Virus record (IMG/VR): IMGVR_UViG_2648501222_000009
Length of the DNA: 20,000 nt
Source: an uncultured virus (IMG/VR IMGVR_UViG_2648501222_000009)
Lineage: Duplodnaviria; Heunggongvirae; Uroviricota; Caudoviricetes
Reading direction: 5' to 3' (one strand)
The position numbers and the translations under genes are program-made. Below are positions 15,310 through 20,000 of this stretch, one piece after another (the first letter of the stretch is position 1; each line of letters opens with the position of its first letter). The notes below the pieces were generated by a model. The model saw only the letters and a list, made by a program, of their open reading frames with translations, ran no database searches and was not told where the DNA came from.

Positions 15310-15539
15310 AACAGGGTTCGGTGCAAGCAATGACAACTCTGGTGTTAATTGACGGAGTTACCTATCAGATAGTTCTGCCGAAAAGAATCGTGGCGCTTAT
15401 GGCAAAACAGGCACTGGTAATGACTCAGGAGTTTGGCGGGAAATTAATTCCGTGCAATTTTGCCAGCATTCGAGCAATGGATGCTGACGGGATGCCGTTT
15501 AATATAAATGACAGTGGGGCGGAGAATGAAAAAGTATGA
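15306..15539 (+). CDS. Hypothetical protein (77 aa)
   Basis: GGAGG RBS, ATG at 15306. Confidence 0.65.
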   Translation: MKQGSVQAMTTLVLIDGVTYQIVLPKRIVALMAKQALVMTQEFGGKLIPCNFASIRAMDADGMPFNINDSGAENEKV

Positions 15540-16125
15540 CTTAATTCTCGCAGACCCACCCTGGCAATACAGCAACAAATCCTCCAACGGCGCAGCAAAT
15601 AACCACTACAACACCACCGATTTTTATTCCCTCACCCGCTTACCCATCGAAAAAATAGCCTCTGACAACTCCGTACTATGCATGTGGTACACGGGTAATT
15701 TTGTCCGCGAGGCTTACGAATTGGCTGAAGCGTGGGGCTTTAAGGTGCGTACCGGCTTCGGGTTCGTGTGGGTGAAGCTGAACAAAAACGCCGGAGTTCG
15801 GATAGATGCCAGCCCGCCGGAGGATATGTTCGATTTTATGGACACCCTGAACTCAGAGACGCGCATCAATGGCGGCAACTATACCCGCGCTAATGCCGAG
15901 GTATGCCTGATTGCCACCAGGGGTCGTGGACTTGAACGCCGGTCGGCCAGCGTCAGGCAGATAGTGTATTCCTGTCTCGGTGAACACAGCGAGAAACCGA
16001 AGGAAGTACATCACCGACTGGAAGAGTTATATGGCGATGTCCCACGCATGGAACTGTTTGCCAGGGAGAAATATGGCGAATGGGATGCATACGGGGATCA
16101 GGTGCCGGGAAGTATTGAGTTATGA
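15526..16125 (+). CDS. MT-A70-family adenine DNA methyltransferase
   Basis: YDLILADPPW, LCMW, EAWGF...FVWVK, GNYTRANAEVCLIA, HSEKP, ELFAR...WD.YGDQ. Confidence 0.92.
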   Translation: MKKYDLILADPPWQYSNKSSNGAANNHYNTTDFYSLTRLPIEKIASDNSVLCMWYTGNFVREAYELAEAWGFKVRTGFGFVWVKLNKNAGVRIDASPPEDMFDFMDTLNSETRINGGNYTRANAEVCLIATRGRGLERRSASVRQIVYSCLGEHSEKPKEVHHRLEELYGDVPRMELFAREKYGEWDAYGDQVPGSIEL

Positions 16126-16322
16126 CACCACAGGAAGCAGAGAACGGACGCAGACGAATAGCAAGGGAATGCCTGAAGGAATTAATGCAGTACACATCTG
16201 ACGAACAACACACCGCAATACTCGACAAATACACCATCAAATTCGCTCCGCTAAATCACATGCGCTTCAACAATAAAGACGTGTTGAGCCATTACGTGCG
16301 ATTACTGCAAAAGGAGAAATAA
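16122..16322 (+). CDS. Hypothetical protein (66 aa)
   Basis: ATGA-coupled to the methylase; abuts xis. Confidence 0.7.
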   Translation: MTPQEAENGRRRIARECLKELMQYTSDEQHTAILDKYTIKFAPLNHMRFNNKDVLSHYVRLLQKEK

Positions 16323-16691
16323 ATGTCAGGAATGACCATATCCAGAAAATACGCGGCACAGCTGATCGGGATAACGGAAAATACCCTTTCTCAGTGGTGC
16401 CGTGCAGGGATGATTGCCTATACCAGAAAAAATCCCATGAAGAAAAATTCACCTTACCTATTTACCAGAGCAGCATGTATTGCCGCGGCTAACAAATCGA
16501 TTCACACTATGCCAGTGAACACTGGTGAGACTGGAGGAACAAAACCATGTCAATATTCCGGAGAGGTAAGATCTGGTACGGGGACTACTCGACGCCAGGC
16601 GGTAAACGCATCAAGGAGTCTCTTGGCACAGAGGACAAGAAGCAAGCGCAGGAGCTGCACGACAAGCGAAAGTCTGAGTTATGGCGTATAG
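16323..16691 (+). CDS. xis: Excisionase, P22 Xis type
   Basis: HTH plus [22 protein letters not shown] (P22 Xis TRKDPTKPKSPYLTTRQACIAA); long overlap with int as in P22. Confidence 0.88.
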   Translation: MSGMTISRKYAAQLIGITENTLSQWCRAGMIAYTRKNPMKKNSPYLFTRAACIAAANKSIHTMPVNTGETGGTKPCQYSGEVRSGTGTTRRQAVNASRSLLAQRTRSKRRSCTTSESLSYGV

Positions 16692-17725
16692 AAAAACTCG
16701 GAGACTTCCCGAGCGTTACATTTGAAGAGGCGATCGTAAGATGGTTGGAAGAGAAAGCCGATAAAAAATCACTGGATGATGACAAAGGTCGGCTTTCGTT
16801 CTGGCTTGATCACTTCGAGGGGGTTCAGCTAAAAGACATCACCGAAGCGAAGATATACGCCGCCGTCAGTAAGATGAAAAACAGGAAGGTTCGCGAGCGA
16901 TGGGAGAAACAAGCAGCTGCAGCGAAAAAGAAAGGTAAAGAAATACCGGCTTACCAGGAGGCGAGAGTATCAATCGCCACAAAAGCAAAGCACCTGGCAA
17001 TAATGAAGTCACTTTTACGCACCGCCGAGGTTGACTGGAAGTGGCTGGAAAAGGCGCCGGTAATTAAAGTGCCGACAGTGAGAGAGAAGCGAGTCCGGTG
17101 GCTTGAATATCATGAAGCACAACGGTTGATAAAAGAATGCCATGAACCGCTGAAGTCGGTTGTTACCTTCGCGCTGGCAACAGGTTTACGCCGGTCGAAC
17201 ATAATCAGTCTGGAGTGGAGCCAGATTGACATGCAGAGAAAGGTGGCGTGGATTCACCCGGAAGACAGCAAGTCAGGGCAGGCAATAGGGGTCGCTCTAA
17301 ATGATACCGCCTGCGGCGTACTGAGAGCGCAGATCGGGAATCATCATAAGTGGGTATTCGTCCACACCGAGCAGAAAGTAAAGCCTGACGGAACAAAAAC
17401 ACCGGCAGTACGGAAAATGCGGGTCGATTCTAACACGGCATGGAGAGCAGCGTTAAAACGGGCAGGCATAGAAAACTTCCGGTTTCACGATCTGAGGCAT
17501 ACCTGGGCAAGCTGGTTAATTCAGTCAGGAGTACCGCTTTCAGTTCTTCAGGAAATGGGCGGATGGGAGTCAGTCGAAATGGTACGCCGGTATGCACACC
17601 TGGCACCAAATCACCTAACTCAGCATGCAAAACAAATTGACGTTATTTTCGGCAACTATGACCCAAAATGTCACAGTTCCGTCCCAAATACGTCCCACAT
17701 GGCAAAAGTGGAGAATTTTAAATGA
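16547..17725 (+). CDS. int: Tyrosine integrase, P22/DLP12 family
   Basis: [11 protein letters not shown]..., [33 protein letters not shown]. Confidence 0.97.
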   Translation: MSIFRRGKIWYGDYSTPGGKRIKESLGTEDKKQAQELHDKRKSELWRIEKLGDFPSVTFEEAIVRWLEEKADKKSLDDDKGRLSFWLDHFEGVQLKDITEAKIYAAVSKMKNRKVRERWEKQAAAAKKKGKEIPAYQEARVSIATKAKHLAIMKSLLRTAEVDWKWLEKAPVIKVPTVREKRVRWLEYHEAQRLIKECHEPLKSVVTFALATGLRRSNIISLEWSQIDMQRKVAWIHPEDSKSGQAIGVALNDTACGVLRAQIGNHHKWVFVHTEQKVKPDGTKTPAVRKMRVDSNTAWRAALKRAGIENFRFHDLRHTWASWLIQSGVPLSVLQEMGGWESVEMVRRYAHLAPNHLTQHAKQIDVIFGNYDPKCHSSVPNTSHMAKVENFK

Positions 17726-17728
17726 AGG

Positions 17729-17741
17729 TAACTTATTGATA
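17729..17741 (-). promoter_or_regulatory. IHF binding site in the att arm
   Basis: TATCAATAAGTTA matches WATCAANNNNTTR; arm-like repeats GTCCCA at 17681 and 17692. Confidence 0.7.
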
Positions 17742-17746
17742 TTACA

Positions 17747-17768
17747 TGGTGCCCTACAGGATTCGAAC
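17747..17768 (-). other. att junction: 3' fragment of a tRNA (argU/tRNA-Arg-like) with an apparent 2-nt deletion
   Basis: GTTCGAATCCTGTAGGGCACCA = T-loop + T-stem + 5 of 7 acceptor bases + ACCA; the rest of the tRNA is absent. Confidence 0.8.
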
Positions 17769-17951
17769 ACGACAAAATCACCATTGTTTTATATGCAAAA
17801 TATCGTGTTCGATAAATTTTATACCAACAAATGTACCAACAATTGTTTTTACTAAAATAATTACGTTCTTTACATGCAACCTAGTGACCGTCATATTTTA
17901 TAAGATAACAATCAGTTAAACCAATAAATGTTATCAAATCGATTTAGTGCT

Positions 17952-18770
17952 TTAAAAACACTCATACATTCTCTCTGTCATCACCCACAGCGCTTTATTC
18001 AGCCGGATATCACCATCGATACCGGTCACGGCACGGGTGTGTGATCGCTTCCCTTTGGCTGTACGTCCGGACAGCCCGCCTTTAATCAGGTTCTCCTGCA
18101 AACGCTGGTAGACCGTCCACAGGTCATCTTTCTTATCTTCCCATCGCCGTGGTTGTAATACCTGTTCTTCAGTGACCGGCTGGTGGTCATCCCCGAACCG
18201 GTACGTGATAGCGGCATGTGCCAGCGCCTGCTGTGCCGGAGGCGCCAACAGCAGGGACTGCATCTGTTCACGTTTTTCAGCCACCGCATCAAACGTTTCC
18301 AGCACTTCATAAGCCCCTTCAATCACTTTATCGACGACATTACCTTTGTGCGGCACTCTGACCTCACTAAAGGTATCACCACAGACCAGTCCGTTATGAC
18401 ACACCGCACGAAATAATCCCGGCAGCATCTGATAACTGCTGGTGCCGTCGTGGCTGTTTAACAGAATAATTTCCGGTACCTGGACACCGGTAATCTGATT
18501 ATGGCGGCGAAGGCGCAGCATATGTTTGGTGTGCTCCCGGCGGCTGTCCTCGCGGACACGGGTCTGACAGGCAAAGAACGGATAAAAGCCTTCTTTCTGC
18601 AGGCTTTCAAGCAGGGTAATGGTGGGGATATAGGTATAGCGGTCACTGCGGGATTCATGTTTTTCTGCTGAAAAGACACTGGGTACAGTGCAGTATAATT
18701 CTTCGGTGGTTAACGGGCGGTCACGACGAATGATATTCGCCCTGCCGAAGCGGGAAGCTAAACGGGTCAT
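17952..18770 (-). CDS. DUF932 (YafZ/YfjQ family) protein
   Basis: MTRLASRFG...HESRSDRYTYIPT...TKHMLRLR...EIILLNSHDGTSSYQMLPGLFRAVC.NGLV...LNKALW. Confidence 0.93.
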   Translation of the reverse strand: MTRLASRFGRANIIRRDRPLTTEELYCTVPSVFSAEKHESRSDRYTYIPTITLLESLQKEGFYPFFACQTRVREDSRREHTKHMLRLRRHNQITGVQVPEIILLNSHDGTSSYQMLPGLFRAVCHNGLVCGDTFSEVRVPHKGNVVDKVIEGAYEVLETFDAVAEKREQMQSLLLAPPAQQALAHAAITYRFGDDHQPVTEEQVLQPRRWEDKKDDLWTVYQRLQENLIKGGLSGRTAKGKRSHTRAVTGIDGDIRLNKALWVMTERMYECF

Positions 18771-18874
18771 AATAATACTCCTGTAGAATAAACAGATAAA
18801 AGGGGGGCAGATAAAAACCTGGACTGAACGGGATAAAGGAAGAGATAAGATGAAGTGCTGCAGATACCGGCTTT

Positions 18875-19207
18875 TTACACGGTAACGGGTCTGCTGGTGG
18901 CAGAGCTGCAGCCGTGAGCTATCAAACCGGTTGCTTTCTGTGCCCGCAGAATATTGGTCGCAGTGATACTGTGTGACGGCTCAGTGATACCGTTGTTGCG
19001 CCGGTCAGTACGGACCAGGGCGTATTTCTCCGCAAAGGCATTCAGTGCCTCACACAACGACATCCCGCGGATGAGGCAGGCCTCAATGACACGCTCATCT
19101 CTGAATTCCGTGTCATTCAGAGTGAGGCCGTAATGCTGTTGCAGCAGGTAAGTCAGCAATGTCTGCCAGACTGCCGCCGGTGACGCAGATAATGTTGCCT
19201 TTTTCAT
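18875..19207 (-). CDS. cbtA: CbtA (YeeV/YkfI/YpjF)-family type IV toxin
   Basis: VWQTLL..LLQQHYGLTLNDT.F.DERVIE...SLCEALN...EKYALVRTD...ILRAQKATGL. Confidence 0.9.
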   Translation of the reverse strand: MKKATLSASPAAVWQTLLTYLLQQHYGLTLNDTEFRDERVIEACLIRGMSLCEALNAFAEKYALVRTDRRNNGITEPSHSITATNILRAQKATGLIAHGCSSATSRPVTV

Positions 19208-19221
19208 GGTGTTGCTCCCCG

Positions 19222-19662
19222 TTAATCGATAAGACGGAAAATAGCGGCATACTCCTCATGCTGCAGGGCGTAGTCCCGCAACTGATAAAAATATTCCACC
19301 ATCTCCGGACTTTCAGTTTTAAATGACCAGAGACTGTAAATGATGAGGCATACCGCGATACCGGCCGCTTCCGGACTGAGTTCCGCATCATTGCCGTTAT
19401 GCGGATTAAACAGGTACAGCGTGGTCTCCGGCATATCCGGCCAGATAAACGCACCGTCGTTGGTGAGCATGCTGAACTCCCGGAATGCACCATAATAAAC
19501 ATCACACAGTTCGCTCATCCGGGTAAAAATATCGCCTTCCGGGCGCTGCCAGTCCGGCACGCTGCCGAAATAAAACCGCCAGAACGTGTCTCTGCCGCGG
19601 GGATGAATCAGATTGCTTTTGATGGCCGCAGGCTCCTGCAGCGGAAGTGCTGATAACGTCAT
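19222..19662 (-). CDS. KlcA/ArdB-family antirestriction protein
   Basis: LTNDGAFIWP...NGNDAELSPEAAGIAVCL..YS...FYQLRDYALQH.E..AIFRLID. Confidence 0.9.
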   Translation of the reverse strand: MTLSALPLQEPAAIKSNLIHPRGRDTFWRFYFGSVPDWQRPEGDIFTRMSELCDVYYGAFREFSMLTNDGAFIWPDMPETTLYLFNPHNGNDAELSPEAAGIAVCLIIYSLWSFKTESPEMVEYFYQLRDYALQHEEYAAIFRLID

Positions 19663-19720
19663 CGTGAAACTCCTTTGTGTTTAGGGATAAAAACAGTGGG
19701 TTACTGATTTGTGAATGGGC

Positions 19721-19752
19721 ATAAAAAACGGCAGACTGTGAACGTCTGCCGT
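19721..19752 (-). terminator. Rho-independent terminator
   Basis: ACGGCAGAC-GTTCACA-GTCTGCCGT followed by TTTTTAT on the minus strand. Confidence 0.75.
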
Positions 19753-19787
19753 CAGGGGTGATGTGATAAACAGGTCTTTTGTACAGG

Positions 19788-20000
19788 TCAGCGGGGAAAG
19801 AGCCGGCCCAGAAGGCGGTCAAGGGTACCGCCCAGCACGGCTGAGCAGGCCAGCGCCGCACTGAGCCCTGCCGCCAGTTTTTCCGCTGAAGTGGCATCCT
19901 CTTTGTCTGCCGCCTCAGCCGCAGCCTGCCAGGCACAGTACGTGGCTAACGCCACCGTTGCCACGCCGAGCGTGGTGGCGATTAATTTAAAAACAGACAT
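19788..20000 (-). CDS. Small hydrophobic island protein (70 aa)
   Basis: ATG at the window edge; two hydrophobic/Ala-rich segments; followed by a terminator. Confidence 0.6.
   Translation of the reverse strand: MSVFKLIATTLGVATVALATYCAWQAAAEAADKEDATSAEKLAAGLSAALACSAVLGGTLDRLLGRLFPR

Larger units (their letters stand above)
1..17768. mobile_element. Lambdoid (P22/HK022-like) prophage, early region from nin genes to integrase/att; continues beyond the left edge
   Basis: Canonical order nin-helicase-O-cII-cro / cI-pL operon-bet-exo-xis-int, ending at a tRNA 3' fragment. Confidence 0.97.
17747..20000. mobile_element. End of a CP4-like integrative island; continues beyond the right edge
   Basis: DUF932, CbtA and antirestriction genes typical of CP4-6/44/57-like elements; arm-type repeats TACCAACAA at 17822-17830 and 17834-17842. 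Confidence 0.85.

Noticed and set aside
16547..16691. 145-bp xis/int overlap, and Trp in place of the second catalytic His (MGGW)
   Set aside because: Both are normal for P22-family int/xis
17747..17822. Intact tRNA gene next to the integrase
   Set aside because: Only the last 22 nt resemble a tRNA; the anticodon and D arms are absent

Overview
Bases 1-~17770 are the early half of a lambdoid/P22-like prophage from an enterobacterium. On the minus strand lie the nin region, a DnaB-like helicase, replication protein O with iterons, cII and cro. On the plus strand lie cI, an accessory three-gene cassette, the pL operon (HNH-AP2 endonuclease, Nmad5, kil-like, bet/exo, c4-controlled Rha antirepressor, MT-A70 methylase) and P22-type xis/int. 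The prophage ends at a damaged 22-nt tRNA 3'-end fragment, beyond which lies the end of a CP4-like island (DUF932, CbtA-like toxin, KlcA/ArdB antirestriction). The most interesting items are: (1) a HicA / C-terminally extended HicB / SecB-like operon in the rexAB position, a candidate toxin-antitoxin-chaperone (TAC) anti-phage system, preceded by a relic of a lambda-type cI 3' end; (2) two HK022-like put RNA antiterminators with no recognisable N gene; (3) an inverted Zn-ribbon moron flanked by 10-bp direct repeats, next to an H-type pseudoknot and a long hairpin; (4) a tandem prophage/island junction that may split the prophage att site; (5) an orphan CbtA toxin. All family assignments come from remembered motifs; no database searches were run.
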